64,000 nt of DNA from Hyaloraphidium curvatum SAG 235-1 (GCA_025558095.1 JAIVFI010000007.1:620001-684000); one strand, 5' to 3'; positions 24,562-36,918 are shown, numbered from the stretch's first letter. Numbers and translations: made by a program. The notes: generated by a model from the sequence alone, not told the origin.

Positions 24562-26499
24562 TCACCGTCCCCGCCCGTCGGGCGGGGCCTCCCGCGATGT
24601 CCGTATCCGCAGCTTCTCGGCCGCCTCCTCGAAGGCGCGCCGCGAATCGGCAATGTGCTCCGCCAGGTCCTCTTCCTCGGTTCCGATGCGGTCTGCAGGA
24701 CATCGTGAGCAATCGGATAAGACGTGGCAGTTCCGGAAACCCACATGCCGCCTCCTCCTCGTCCCTGGCCTCGCGCGCCTCCCTCTCGTCGATGAACTCG
24801 GAAAACGGCCCCCCGCCGCCCCCCAGGTCCCCCGACATGGGATCCCGCGGCGCCGTCCGCAGCTCCCTCTCCCTGTCCCACGCGGCCTCCGAGTGCCGCA
24901 GCGAGAGCGAATTCTCAAAGTTGATGTTCCACTTGAGCATCTCGCGGATGTCGCGCACCCACGCCACGCCCTTGGACAGCCGGTTCACGCAGGGGGCAAA
25001 GTAGGGCGACTGCCGCATGCGGCAGTACTCTCCCTGCCGCAGGATGTACCAGTCCCGTCCGTCGATCGAGAGCTCCGCCAGCCCGCGGGCGTAGGCCGAT
25101 AGCCGCACCTTGAGGGTCACCGACGAGGGCAGGATGGCGGGGCGGAAGGAGAGCGAGCGGGGGCAGATGGGCGTGAAGAGCATCGACTCGACGGCCGGGT
25201 GGAGTATGGGCCCGCCCGCGGAGAGGTTGTAGGCCGTCGAGCCCGTGGGGGTCGAGACGATGAGGCCGTCGGCGACGACGTCCGTGAGGAACTCGTCGTT
25301 GACGAAGCAGTCCAGCGCGGTCAGGTGCGGCTGCCGCCCGCGGTGCAGGACGATCTCGTTCATGCACTGGATGTCGGAGCGGGGGGTGCCGTCGGGGCGG
25401 ACGATGCGGTCCCCGGATTCGGTGTGGAGGGAGCACGAGATGCGCATGCGCAGGAGGATCGAGACGTCGCCCTCGAGGAGGTTGCGGATGGCGAAGCGGT
25501 AGGATTGGATGTGGAAGGGGAGGAGGAATCCGAGGGTGCCCATGGAGAAAGAGAGGATCGGCGGGACCGATTTGCGGAAGAGCTGGCACGCGTAGAGGAT
25601 GGTGCCGTCGCCGCCGAGGGTGATGACAAAGTCGATGTTACCCGAGACGGCATCCAGGGGTATCGTGACGACGTTGGGGAGGAGCTCCGACCGCAGCCCG
25701 GATGCTACCGAATCCTCGATGGCGAGGGTGATGTCGGGGTACTCCCGGTACATCCACCTGGGGAGAAGGGAGGGAGAGACGTTAGGCACCGCGGCGAGAT
25801 CGGTATCCCGCTCCGATCCGGGCCAGCGGCCTAGCACGTCAACCAATCGCGCCCCAAGCGACCGAGAGCAATCATCCCAGCATCCATAACGCTGGGAATC
25901 GAGGCACAAGGTGTCCTGCCTCGCGCCATATCTCGGCGATCCCCCAATAGATCCGCAACGGCGATTTGCCCCGATCCGGCCCCACAAGCACCCGATCTCG
26001 CCACGATAACGCGCATCGGCCTCGTCTCCCATTTTGCGCCAGCTCCCCACCTCATTATCTCAAGGAACGCCCGCTCGGTGCCGACGTCGTTCGGCTTCTT
26101 CAGTACCAGCACCGTCCGGGGCCTCTCGACCCACACCAGGCCGTACTCCCCCGAAAACGCGTCGCTCGAGATCGGCCGCAGCTCCGCGCGCGGGCCCATG
26201 CGCGAATTTGCCCGCAGGTGCGGCGGGAAGAGCTGGTCCGCGGAGCCGACCTTCACGGGGTGCTCGCCCGAGACAAAGTCCGTCGCGACCTCGAGCTCCT
26301 CCGTCGAGGTGAGGTCGTCGTGCAAAAATGTCGGCGGCCGGCCCCCGGTGGGGTGCCGGGCGGGAGGGGCCGCGTGGAGCGCGCGGGGCCGCGGGCCCGG
26401 GAACGGCGCAACGCATCGCGGGCAGCGCCTCGGGGCGGGCGGTGGGAAGCGGGGCGTCCGAAGCAGGCGTGGCAGGGGCAGCAGAGGCAGCCGCGGCAT
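24562..26499 (-). CDS. POS5: Mitochondrial NAD(H) kinase, Pos5-like
   Basis: LGGDGT, GTLGFL, NE, ADGLIVSTPTGSTAYNLSAGG, TPICPRSLSFRP; Arg/Pro-rich presequence; last exon 24562-24692. Confidence 0.85.
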
Positions 26500-26663
26500 C
26501 GGTCCCCGGCCCCTCCGCTCGCGCACAAACTCGAGATCGGGAGGCTCCGGTTCGCCGGGCTGATGCCTTTGGGTTAGAGCGTGGGGTTGGGTGCACTGTT
26601 GGTCCGATCGGAGCTTGGCGCCCTCTCTCAACGACCCGATTCCCGGTTCCTTGTTTCGCCAAT

Positions 26664-27463
26664 ATGGTGCGTCTCGGCCTGTTCCGGAGCCGATTCGGCA
26701 GGCCATTGGGTCTGCCAGACTTGTGGGCCCCGTCGGCCGGGCGGCGGGCCCCTGGGGACGGAGCTGGGGCCGACCTGTGGAGGAGGCAGCGGGGCGGGTC
26801 CGGCCGCACGGCGGCACATGGGGCCCTAGCTGGACCATGGGAGCTGGTCTTCCGGACATTGGAGATGCCCGCAAGGGACGGCGATGGCTCGGATTTCTCT
26901 ACGTGGGCCCACGAACCGAGGGACGGATCGCTAACTTGGACCTCGCCCCTCTTCGCACCCCCTCCTACCCCACAACAGCCGAAGCAAGTAAAGGAGATCA
27001 AGGACTTCTTGATGACCGCGCGGCGGAAGGACGCCAAGTGTGAGTTGGCTTTTCGGACACTGGAGAGCGGGCGGAAGGGAGTGGAAGGAGGGTGGCGTGG
27101 GGCGGGCGGCGGAGGACTGCTTCGGGACTCTGCGGGCATCTGGCGACGGCTATGGAGGCAGCTATCGTCGGACGTGGAGAGCTGCCTTGGCGGAGGACCT
27201 GGGATGGCGGCACCGGCGGACCGACACCACCCTCAAAACGGCGGCTGACCCCCGCCCCTCCGCAGCGGTGCGCATCAAGAAGACCGGGTCCAAGACCAAG
27301 TTCAAGGTCCGGTGCTCGCGGTACCTGTACACGCTGGTCGTGGCCGACTCGGAGAAGGCCGAGAAGCTGAAGCAGAGCCTGCCTCCTGGTGCGTCGCCCT
27401 TTCGTGCCTGCATCGGACAGCTGCTGACTTTCCCGGACAGGGCTTGAGGTCAAGGACGCGTAA
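26664..27463 (+). CDS. RPL38: 60S ribosomal protein eL38
   Basis: First exon is ATG only, then [20 protein letters not shown]|..[30 protein letters not shown]|GLEVKDA*. Confidence 0.95.
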
Positions 27464-27628
27464 TACTCCCTCATGTGTACTATACTGCCTCTCTGGTCAA
27501 TGGGACCTGATTGACCGAACCAAGCGTCCTTGTACATTTGTCCACGCCAGCTCGCAACACCCGATTCACATCGCACCAGGCTGTATTCGCACCCCGCGTC
27601 CGTACATGCTTTTTCCACGTCGGGACCT

Positions 27629-29130
27629 CTACAGGGCACTGGCACCTGTTGAACAGCGAACCTGATCAGCAACGTTTCATGCGCGCACCGCACGCCTCCA
27701 ACGCACCGGTGATGATATCCACGAGCTCGTTCGTAATCGAAGCCTGCCGCGACCGGTTGTACAGCAGCGTCAGCTTGTCGATCATCTCACCCGCGTTCTT
27801 GGTCGCATTCTCCATGGCCGTGCGCCGCGCCGCGAGCTCCGAAGCCTGGCCCTCGGCGATGCCCCAGTAGAGCGCGTTGGCAAAGTGGAACTCGCCCAGG
27901 TTCTCGGTGATCTCGTCCTCGGAGATTTCGTACTGGCTCAGGCCAGCTGGTGGGGGATGCGTGAGCGGGTGCGGCGGGCAAAGGCGGCATGCGCGGATAC
28001 TCACGGGCCTCGGTGATGGCTGCACCGCGGAAGACGGGCATCGGGGTCGTCTCGAAGGCGATGACACTCTTGAACCTGTTGTAGACGACGACGAACTTGT
28101 CGAATCCCTCGGAGTTCTTCAGGATCATGTCGGCGATGAGGCAGGCCTCGTAGTAGGTCGGCGATGCCTTTGCCGGGGCCGAGAACGACATCTTCATCTG
28201 GGCGCGGGTGGCACCGCGACCGAGCTGCGTCCGGGCCTTGTCGCCGAGCACGACGATGCCCGAGTCGGCGGCGACCGTCCTGCGCGTGAACTTGGACAGC
28301 GACGAGTGGATGCCCGAGCACAGGCCCTTGTCCGAGGACACGACGATGTAGAGGGTCTTGCCCTCCTCCTCGGGCAGCTTGGCCTCGATGTACTTGAACA
28401 GGGCTGCGGGGCGCGGTGAGCGGTCGGGCGATGCGCCTGTGCAGAGCATGCCCACCGGCATCGGTGTTGCCGTACGTCCGGGCGACGTCCATCAGCCTCT
28501 GCGCCCTCGACATCTTGGTCGACGCAATCATCTTCATCGACTTGGTAATCTTGGCGATGTTGGAGATGGACTTGAGACGCATTTGGACTGCGGGCCCGTA
28601 AGCACAGCGAACGAGCGGATCCGGCGGCACGAGGCCGCCGCCAGAGAACACCCACTTTCTTTGAGCGTGGCCATGTCCCGGGCCTGAGCCTCCATCAGTA
28701 GCGGGCTGGGTCGGGGAGGAGAGAAAGGTCCCGTTGAGTCCCGAGTCCAGCATCCGGCCGCAGCGCGCCTCATCCGGCCCGGGATCCGCCCCCGCCGCGT
28801 CCGCCGTCCGCATGCCTGCCCCCGTGCCGCGGCCCGGGTCCGTTGACGGTCCGGTGCGGCGCGTGTGGGGCAGCGCCTCCCGACCGGACCGGCGAGCCCG
28901 ACGCCTCCCCGGGGCCCGCGCCTGCCGCCAGCCGCCCCATCCGCGATATTGTAATGCCGCCGCGTCTGCCGCCGCGCCGCCCGCCGAGTGCCGACCCGCG
29001 TGTGCCGCGCAGCCGCCGCCGCCGCCACTTTTCCGCCGCCGCATCCCGCGCCGCCGCGCCGTACTCACCGCGCAAACGCCGCGCCGACGGCCGGCCGCGC
29101 CGCCGCCGCTCCCGTGCGAAGGGCGAACAT
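27629..29130 (-). CDS. ATP3: Mitochondrial F1 ATP synthase gamma subunit
   Basis: [67 protein letters not shown]|ASAL*. Confidence 0.95.
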
Positions 29131-29272
29131 CGCGCGGGCGCCGAGGGGGGGAGGGGAAGGATGGCGCTGTCTGCTCGCGGCAGCGTCGAACAGCCGCGAA
29201 GGCAACACGCAAACGCCGCTGGACTCCACACGCGATTCCGTCGTCCAGAGGCCGGGTGGCCGCCGGGACACG

Positions 29273-30124
29273 ATGTCGGCCTTCAAAATAGGAATGCTGC
29301 TGGTGCGGACGGTCGGTACAGCACCCCGGGCCCCAGGACGCGCCCGAGCTCACGGGCAACCGCCGCAGCTTGCGAAGCCGGTCACGGGGGCGCTGAAGCG
29401 CCAGGCAAAAGAGAACGAAACGTTCAAACAGATCTGCATTCGCATCGCACAGGGGATGCACCGCACCGAGGTCAAACTGCGGACGGGGGCGCTCAACGAA
29501 TCCGTCTCGGCCCGCGAAGTCCGCCCGCTCAACGAAGCCAAGTAAGATCGCGGCCGCATATGTGCTGGCAGGATGTGCTGAGGCTCCCTTGCCCTCACCA
29601 GGGCTATCGACGCCGGTGCGGACTTCCTGGCCGAGGCAGTGACGTTCGGAATCGCCGCCTCAATCCTATTGTTTGAGCAATATCGATCCCGCCGCGACGC
29701 CAGGAACCGGAAGGAGTACGTGGACGTTTCCCTGAGCACCCTCGGCGAGAGCCAGCAGCGGCTGGCCGGGCTCGCGGACGACGTGCAGGCCATCAAGGCC
29801 GCGCTGGACTCGATGCGGGAGACCAACCTGCTCATCGCCGAGGGACTGGGCCGCCTAACGGCCGCGGAGCAGCAGGCCGAGGCGACGAACCGCCGGCTGG
29901 ACGGGGTGCTGGGGTTGCGGGACCTTTTCGGCGCGGAGGCGGCGCCGCAGCAGTTGGTCGTGAACCTGGAACCGGGGCGGCCGCCGGCGGGATCGGCCGC
30001 GCCAGGGGACACGCCGCTGTTTCTGAGCAGGCTGAATGCCAGGCTGGGACTGGGGTCCGCGCACGCGGGCGGGCTGCCGCCGATCACCGAGGAATCGGTG
30101 GCGCTCTCGCAGGTGGTCGGTTGA
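29273..30124 (+). CDS. OPA3-family mitochondrial protein
   Basis: FKIGMLLVRT|LAKPV, VRPLNEAK|AIDAGADFLAE, TM then coiled coil. Confidence 0.88.
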
Positions 30125-30279
30125 CGATCCCCGATGCAACGGTCTGGGTTCCGGGACATAGAGTGGATGTTGACTGGCTTCCCTCTTTCCTATGATCCGA
30201 TACGTTACCCCTATCCACATCTCTCTCTCGTCTGGCCGGTCGTTTTACGTACGTACTCGCCAACTTGTAGTCCGGTTTC

Positions 30280-31677
30280 TCAAGCCACGTAAGGCGAAAC
30301 CATCTTGGCGGGATCCACGACCTTGTCGAACACATCTTCGGTCACAAAGCCGAGCTTCAATGCGGCTTCCTTGAGGGTGAGGTCGTTGTCCAGGGCATAG
30401 TGTGCGATCTTGGAAGACTCGTCGTAGCCAATGACGGGCGACAGGGCCGTGACGAGCATGAGCGAGCGCTCCACGTATTCGCCGATCTTCTTCAGGTTCG
30501 GCTGCGTGCCCTCGATCAGGAACTTGCGGAAGTTGGTGCACCCGTCGGTCAGGAGGGTGATCGAGTGCATCACGTTGTAGATGATCAGCGGCTTGTAGAC
30601 GTTCATCTCGAGGTAGCCCCCCGACCCGGCGATCCCGACAGCCACGTCGTTGCCCATGACCTGGGCAGAGAGCATGGTGAGCGCCTCGGCCTGCGTGGGG
30701 TTGACCTTGCCCGGCATGATGGACGATCCGGGTTCGTTGGAGGGGATGATGAGCTCGCCGAACCCGGCGCGGGGTCCGCAGGACATGAGGCGGATGTCGT
30801 TGCCGATCTTGAACAGGGTGACGGCGAGCGTGCGCATGGTGCCAGAGAGCTGCACGAGCGCATCGTGCGCGCCCTGCACGGCGAACTTGTTCGGCGCAGT
30901 GATGAACGGCAGGCCCGTGAGCGCAGCGATCTGCGCCGCAGCGGCTTCCGCGAAGCCGGGGGCGGAATTCAGCCCTGTTCCGACCGCAGTGCCCCCGAGC
31001 GCGAGCTTGTACACGCCCTTGAGGCTGTCCTCGATGCGCTCGATATCGTCGCTGAGCGCCTCGGCGTAGCCGGACCACTCCTGGCCCAAAGTCAGGGGCG
31101 TGGCGTCCTGCATGTGCGTGCGGCCGATCTTGATGATCGCTTTCCATTCCACGGCCTTCGCGGCGATGGCATCGCGCAGCGCGGTGACAGATGGGATGAG
31201 GCTCCCCTTGACGTTGACGGCCGCGGCGATGCTCATGGCAGACGGGAAGGAATCATTGGATGACTGTGCCATATTGACGTGATCGTTTGGGTGCACGGGG
31301 CTCTTGGACCCGAGGGGCGTGCCGGCAAGCTGGCAGCACCGGTTGGAGATGACCTCGTTGACGTTCATGTTGAACTGGGTGCCGCTCCCGGTCATCCATA
31401 CGTGGAGGGGGAACATGTCCGCGTGCTGTCCCCCGAGAACTTCGTCGCACGTGTCCGAAATAAGCTGGAACTGTTGGTCCGGCAGTCGCCCGTCTCCATG
31501 ATTCGCGATTGCCGCCGCTTTTTTGAGAATCGCGTAGCTGATGATCATTTCGAGCGGGATGAGATCCTTGCCGATGGAGAAGTGCTGCAGCGAACGCTGC
31601 GTCTGGGCTCCCCAGAGCTTGTCAGCGGGCACGTCCACCTCTCCGAGGCTGTCGGTTTCTTTGCGGAACGTGGCCAT
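30280..31677 (-). CDS. fumC: Class II fumarate hydratase, intronless, bacterial-like, no presequence
   Basis: [71 protein letters not shown]; 465 aa single exon; in-frame stop upstream with no ATG in between. Confidence 0.95.
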   Translation of the reverse strand: MATFRKETDSLGEVDVPADKLWGAQTQRSLQHFSIGKDLIPLEMIISYAILKKAAAIANHGDGRLPDQQFQLISDTCDEVLGGQHADMFPLHVWMTGSGTQFNMNVNEVISNRCCQLAGTPLGSKSPVHPNDHVNMAQSSNDSFPSAMSIAAAVNVKGSLIPSVTALRDAIAAKAVEWKAIIKIGRTHMQDATPLTLGQEWSGYAEALSDDIERIEDSLKGVYKLALGGTAVGTGLNSAPGFAEAAAAQIAALTGLPFITAPNKFAVQGAHDALVQLSGTMRTLAVTLFKIGNDIRLMSCGPRAGFGELIIPSNEPGSSIMPGKVNPTQAEALTMLSAQVMGNDVAVGIAGSGGYLEMNVYKPLIIYNVMHSITLLTDGCTNFRKFLIEGTQPNLKKIGEYVERSLMLVTALSPVIGYDESSKIAHYALDNDLTLKEAALKLGFVTEDVFDKVVDPAKMVSPYVA

Positions 31678-31887
31678 CGTAGGGGTTGCGCCTACGAAAG
31701 TGCTCGAATGGGGACGTGGGGACGCACCCTCTAGCCAAAGTGAGCTCCGTCAAGGCCACGCCGATCGCCTTCGTTCAGTGCCGGACGCTTCGCGATCCAG
31801 TGATGCAGGCGTTGGAGCGACGACAAGTAGGTTCTTCTTGTATCCCTGTCTGTGGTGGTGGGGGCCCTGTTTCTAAATCCGGGTTGG

Positions 31888-31895
31888 TCACGTGA
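31888..31895. promoter_or_regulatory. TCACGTGA palindrome (E-box, bHLH-type site) in the fumC/malic enzyme divergent promoter
   Basis: ggTCACGTGAtc in the intergenic gap; function inferred only. Confidence 0.3.
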
Positions 31896-32032
31896 TCATG
31901 TGGATCCCTGTCTGTGTCCTTGTGTCCCCATCATCAGCGGGCGCAACTTCCCCGTTGTGTTCCGCTTCGATTCCGAGGTCGGCATTGCAACCGTTCGCTT
32001 GGAATCGTTCCCTCATGCTTTCCAGCAGCAGG

Positions 32033-33735
32033 ATGGCCGGGAACATCTCCAAGCGCGGCGCCGACCTGCTCCATGACCCTGCGCTGAACAAGTCGACAGC
32101 CTTCACCGAGGCCGAGCGCCAGGCGCTCGGCTTGGTCGGACTGGTTCCCGACGTCACCGAGTCGCAGGACCTGCAGCTTCAGCGCGTCGAGCTGCAGTTG
32201 TCGCACAAGACGTCCGACCTCGACCGTTACATCTTTCTCGTCAATCTCCTCGACCACGACGAAACGCTTTTCTACCGCCTCATCATGTCCGATCCCGCCC
32301 GCTTCCTGCCCATCGTGTACGATCCCACCATCGGTGACGCCTGCCTAAAGTTCGGCCACATCTTCCGGGGCCCCCGCGGCATGTACCTCTCGATCAAGCG
32401 CCGCGGCCACGTCAAGGAAGTCCTCCGCAACTGGCCTGAGAAGGACGTCAGGTTTATCTGCGTGACTGACGGCGGCCGCATCCTCGGTCTCGGCGACCTG
32501 GGTGCCAATGGGATGGGCATCCCGATCGGCAAGCTCCAGCTCTACACCGCGGCCGCCGGTGTGCCCCCCAAGGGCCTCATGCCCATGTACATCGACGCCG
32601 GCACCAACAACGAAGAGCTGCTCAAGGATCCCCTGTACCTCGGACTGCGCGAGCACCGCCCGTCGACCCAAGATCTGTTCTCGTTCGTCGACGAATTCAT
32701 GGAGGCGGTCAAGGAGGTGTTTCCGAAGTGCTGCGTGCACTTTGAAGACTGGACGGGCGTCGATGCCATGCATCTCATTGAGCGGTACCGTAACAAGTAC
32801 ACGATGTTCAACGACGACATCCAGGTTCGTCCGGTTTTCTCTCACGTCACCTCGGCGTCTCACGCATAGCTATGTCTTTGACGCCACTTCAGGGCACCGC
32901 CGGCATCACACTCGCCGGCATGATCAACGCCGTCAAACTCAAGGGAACCCACCTCAAGGACGAATCGTACCTCTTCCTCGGTGCTGGATCGGCCGGCATC
33001 GGATTGGCCAACCTGCTGTGCTCGGAGCTAGTCAACCAGGGCATGACGCTCGAGGAAGCCCGGAAGCAGGTCCACATGTTCGACGTCAACGGCCTTCTCG
33101 AGTCTACGCGGACCGATCTCGTAGACTTCCAGCTCCCGTACGCGCATCCCCATGGGCCCACCAAGGATTTTGTCGCCGCCATCGAATCAATCAAGCCAAC
33201 GACCATCATCGGCGTCAGCACGATCGGCGGCGCATTCAACAAGGCAGTGATCGAAGCCATGTGCAGGATCAATAAGCGCCCCATCGTTCTGGCCCTCTCC
33301 AACCCCACGTCAAAGGCGGAATGCACGGCCGAGCAAGCGTACACTTGGTCTGACGGCGCCGCCATCTATGCCGCCGGCGTGCCGTTTCCGCCCGTCCAGT
33401 TCAAGGGGCGAGAATACCTTGCGGGCCAAGCCAACAACGTCTACATCTACCCCGGAGTTGGGATGGCCATCTACGCAACGGAGGCAACCCGCGTCACGGA
33501 CAATATGTTCATCGAAGCGGCTTACGCTGTTGCCGATCACGTTTCGGACGCCGATCGGGCAAGGGGACTGCTGTACCCTCGGCAGTCCGACATTCTCGAG
33601 ACCGAGATCAAGACCGCCGCGCGCGTTGCCAAGCTTGTCTTCGACGCGGGCCTGGCGCGCGTGGAGAGGCCCAAGGATATCGAGGCCTTCATCAGGGCCC
33701 ACGTTTACGTGCCCAACTATACGGCACTGGTTTGA
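32033..33735 (+). CDS. Malic enzyme (probably NAD-dependent, MaeA/SfcA-like), one intron
   Basis: LPIVYDPT, VTDGGRILGLGDLGANGMGIPIGKL, FED, FNDDIQ|GTA (intron 32825-32892), GAGSAGIG, LSNPT, QANNVYIYPG; alternative in-frame ATGs at 31898 and 32015. Confidence 0.95.
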
Positions 33736-33830
33736 AGCCTTGTTGGAGGCAAAGGCACCATTGGTTTGGTTAGGTATCGTGTAGACGGGTGCGAAGTGGG
33801 TGGTTGTCAAGGAACAGAAGCCCCGCTCAA

Positions 33831-33872
33831 TCTATCGTGCCTTATTCACGTTCTATCTTGCCTTATTCACGT
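33831..33872. repeat. 21-bp tandem duplication (1 mismatch)
   Basis: tctatcgtgccttattcacgt / tctatcttgccttattcacgt. Confidence 0.85.
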
Positions 33873-34212
33873 GCGTACGCCACTTTCGACCATGCAAATC
33901 TCGAGATCATTCAATCTGCCGGCGAGAATCCTTGGCCTGCGAGAACGGGCATGGGCGTTGTTGGGCTGATCGGCAACACCCCGCCGATGGAGGAGCGCGC
34001 GTCGTTCTGTTTACGCGCGAAACCAAAGCTCGTCACCCCCGGCTCACCCTTCGCAGCCAATGTACGCACCTCCATTCGCTGCCGTGCCTTCTTGTTGCTG
34101 ACTTCTTTCTCCGTCCGTCCCCCAGCACCCTGTGTACGCCTCTTCCTTTCGACGTCACCACCGTCGGTCTCATCCTCCATCCCCAGGCGTTCCCTGCCGG
34201 GCCGCCCGCAGG

Positions 34213-35503
34213 ATGGTCTCCTTCACATGTGATGCGTGCCAGGACGTGATCAAGAAGGCCAAGCTCGACAACCACGGCTGCGGTGCCAGCTTCTCCTGCA
34301 TCGACTGCGGGGTGAGCTTCCCGGGCACGACCTACCGGGCGCACACGAGCTGCATCAGTGAGGCGGAAAAGTACCAAAAGTCCCTGTACAAGGGACCCAA
34401 GAAGGCGAGCGGGCAGGCCAACGGGACGCCGAAGGCCAACGGGCACGCGGAGGCGGGCAAGGCGAACGGGGTCCCCGAGGAGAACGGGCACGCCAAGGCG
34501 GAAAAGTCACCCGAACCTGCGGCGATGGCGGACGACAAGAAGCTGAGCAAGGAGGAGCGCAAAGCCCTGAAGAAGGCCGAGAAGCAGGCCCGGAAATCGG
34601 CAGAAGGGGCGGGGTCCAAGGCGGACGCCGAGGAGATGGAGGTGGACGCTTCGGAGGCTGCGCCGGCGGAACCGGCACCCGCAGAGGCTGCCAAGGCGGA
34701 AGGTAAAGAGGGCAAGAAGGACAAGAAGGACAAGAAGAAGTCGAAGGAAGCCGCTGAGCAGGTGGGGTCGTGATCATCGGTTTTCCTCGTCCATTGACAG
34801 CTTTCGTTGCCACTTGCTACGCCGAAGCAGAAATCGGAAGCCAAGTCCGCGGAACCCGAACCTCTTGGAGCGCAACTGCGCAAGCTCGAGGCCCTGAAGG
34901 CCGAGGGCAAGGATGGGGCCGGCGTTTCGGACATTGCCGCCGCAGCTGCCGCCGCCGGAATCTCCGCGGACGTCGTCGAAGGGACGCCGGCCAAGGAGGA
35001 GAAGAAATCAAAGAAGGAGAAGAAGGCCAAGGGGGACAAGGGCGAGGCGCCCGCGGAGTCGACTGAGGAGAAGCCGGCAGCGGCCGAGGAGACGCCTTCG
35101 TCCAAGAAGTCGAAGCGCGACCGCGAGGAGAAGGCTGCGAAACCCGAAGCTGCGGAGGAGCCGCCGGCCAAGAAGGCGAAGGCGTCGGAAGCCCAGGGCT
35201 CCCTCGCAGACACGCTGACGGAGAAGACGCACGCTCTGCTTGCAAAGGCAAGGACGCGGCAGTTTCGTCAGGCATCGGTTTGCTGACGCGTTTCGTGAAA
35301 GGGCTCTCACACCCTGCAATCGCTCAAGAAGGAGCTCAACGATAGCTTCGGCTCGAAGGACGCGCGGAAAGCAGCTGGGTACAACCAGGAGAAGTTCGAT
35401 CAGCTGGTGAGCGGTGTGGTAGTCTTTTGGGCAGAACTCGGCTCATGCGCTCCAGGTCCACGTGGAGGTCAAGGATGGGGCTTTCGTGCTTCGTTTCGCC
35501 TGA
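34213..35503 (+). CDS. LYAR-type C2HC zinc-finger nucleolar protein
   Basis: MVSFTCDACQDVIKKAKLDNH..C...FSCIDC...F...Y.AHTSCISEAEKYQ; Lys/Glu-rich body. Confidence 0.9.
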
Positions 35504-35567
35504 TTCCACTGCGCCCCCCGTGATTCCCATCTCTCGGATCTGTATTACTCGCCTAATGGAAGTAGCT

Positions 35568-36836
35568 CTACATTCTCTTCTCCCGTTTTGCCGGCCCGCC
35601 CTTCTTTCCCTCATAAAGGGACAGGAAGTCCGCTTTCTTCCGAGCATCCAGCCCTGTCCGACGTTGGGAAAGTATTCTCCCCAGCACCATGGACGCGAGG
35701 TCCGTCTGGTTCACTGGCGATGGCTGCGAAAACAGCGAAGCGGAGACGGAAGATGGAGGTGTATGGGCAACGGAGAGGAAGTTGCCGTACTGAACGACAG
35801 ACACGGTCAGCGCAGGCTGTTGATATAAGCAGCGCGGCCCACCTGGCACATGAGCCTCGCCAGATGAAGCAACCGACTGCCCAGGGGTATCGTTGGAGCA
35901 AAAGTTTCGTACTCGTACTTGAGGCCGACAACGTAGGCCGCAAGCACTCCCGATCCCGCAGACGGAGCGCCCTCGACGTGACAGCTCTCCAGCAATGCCG
36001 AGCTGCTGCTCTCCGGATCCGTCCCCAGGAAGCGCAAAAGGCCCTTGCCGTTGGTCGTTGTCGCCTCGGGAAAGAGGGCCAGCGGACCAGCCGACCAGAG
36101 CTGGGCTCGGACCTCGCTCAGCTCGAACCGTTGCTCGGTCGGTTTCGCCGCCCATAGCGCGGAGGGATCCGTCGCCACCAGAGCCAAAGCCTTCCAAAAT
36201 GTCCGGGGAACGACCGTTTCCTTGCCAGTTCCGCTCGGGTACAGGTAGTACGAGGGAGTGAAGGCGTAGGCAAGGTAGAAGAGGTCGACGTACGACGAAT
36301 GGTTGACCACCAAAAGGGTCGAGGACGTGATGGGCGGGGCGCGAAGGTCTTCTGCCGGTGCACTCGCATCTCGTCGCCTGATTAGAGCGCGTTCAGGTTG
36401 ACGAGGGAGAGGGAAACGCAGAGGGCGAACCCACCCTTTCCTGGTCGAGACCACCTCGAATGGGATGTAATGAAATCCCATGGCAAAGAGGACGATCCGC
36501 GCTCCGATGACATAGAACGCTCTGCGCGATCCCCAGGCCGCGGACGCCCCCAGCACCTGCGATTCATTCAATTCGGAATGAGAACCAGCGATCCCCCGGC
36601 TCCAAATCAACACACACCCCAAAGAGGAGCGATAGTAGGTCTCCAATGAGCATAATCAAGAGTCCAAGGAGGAGCAGAACGAGCCGCAGGGGGAAGAGTA
36701 GCAAAGATCCCACGAGGTAGTCGCGGAGGCCCGCGAGCACCGCGGACGCTGCATCGCGGTCAACCCGGGCCGGCTTCACGACCAGGAAAGGTGCAATGCC
36801 CGTCCCGCTATCTCTGAACGCTCCGAACTTCTCCAT
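35568..36836 (-). CDS. Lysophosphatidic acid acyltransferase Loa1/Vps66-like
   Basis: MEKFGAFRDSGTGIAPFL, NHSSYVD (HX4D), FPEATTTNGKGLLRF. Confidence 0.85.
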
Positions 36837-36918
36837 GCGGGCTCTATTTGGCCCGGGCGGTTCGTCTGGCAATCAGTCTCGACGCGTTGTTTATCCGCAC
36901 TCGCGCACTACCTCAACT

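Noticed and set aside
30280-31677. fumC as a processed retrocopy of FUM1 or as bacterial contamination
   Set aside because: Too divergent from FUM1 at diagnostic residues; its partner gene has a spliceosomal intron and both flanks are intron-containing eukaryotic genes
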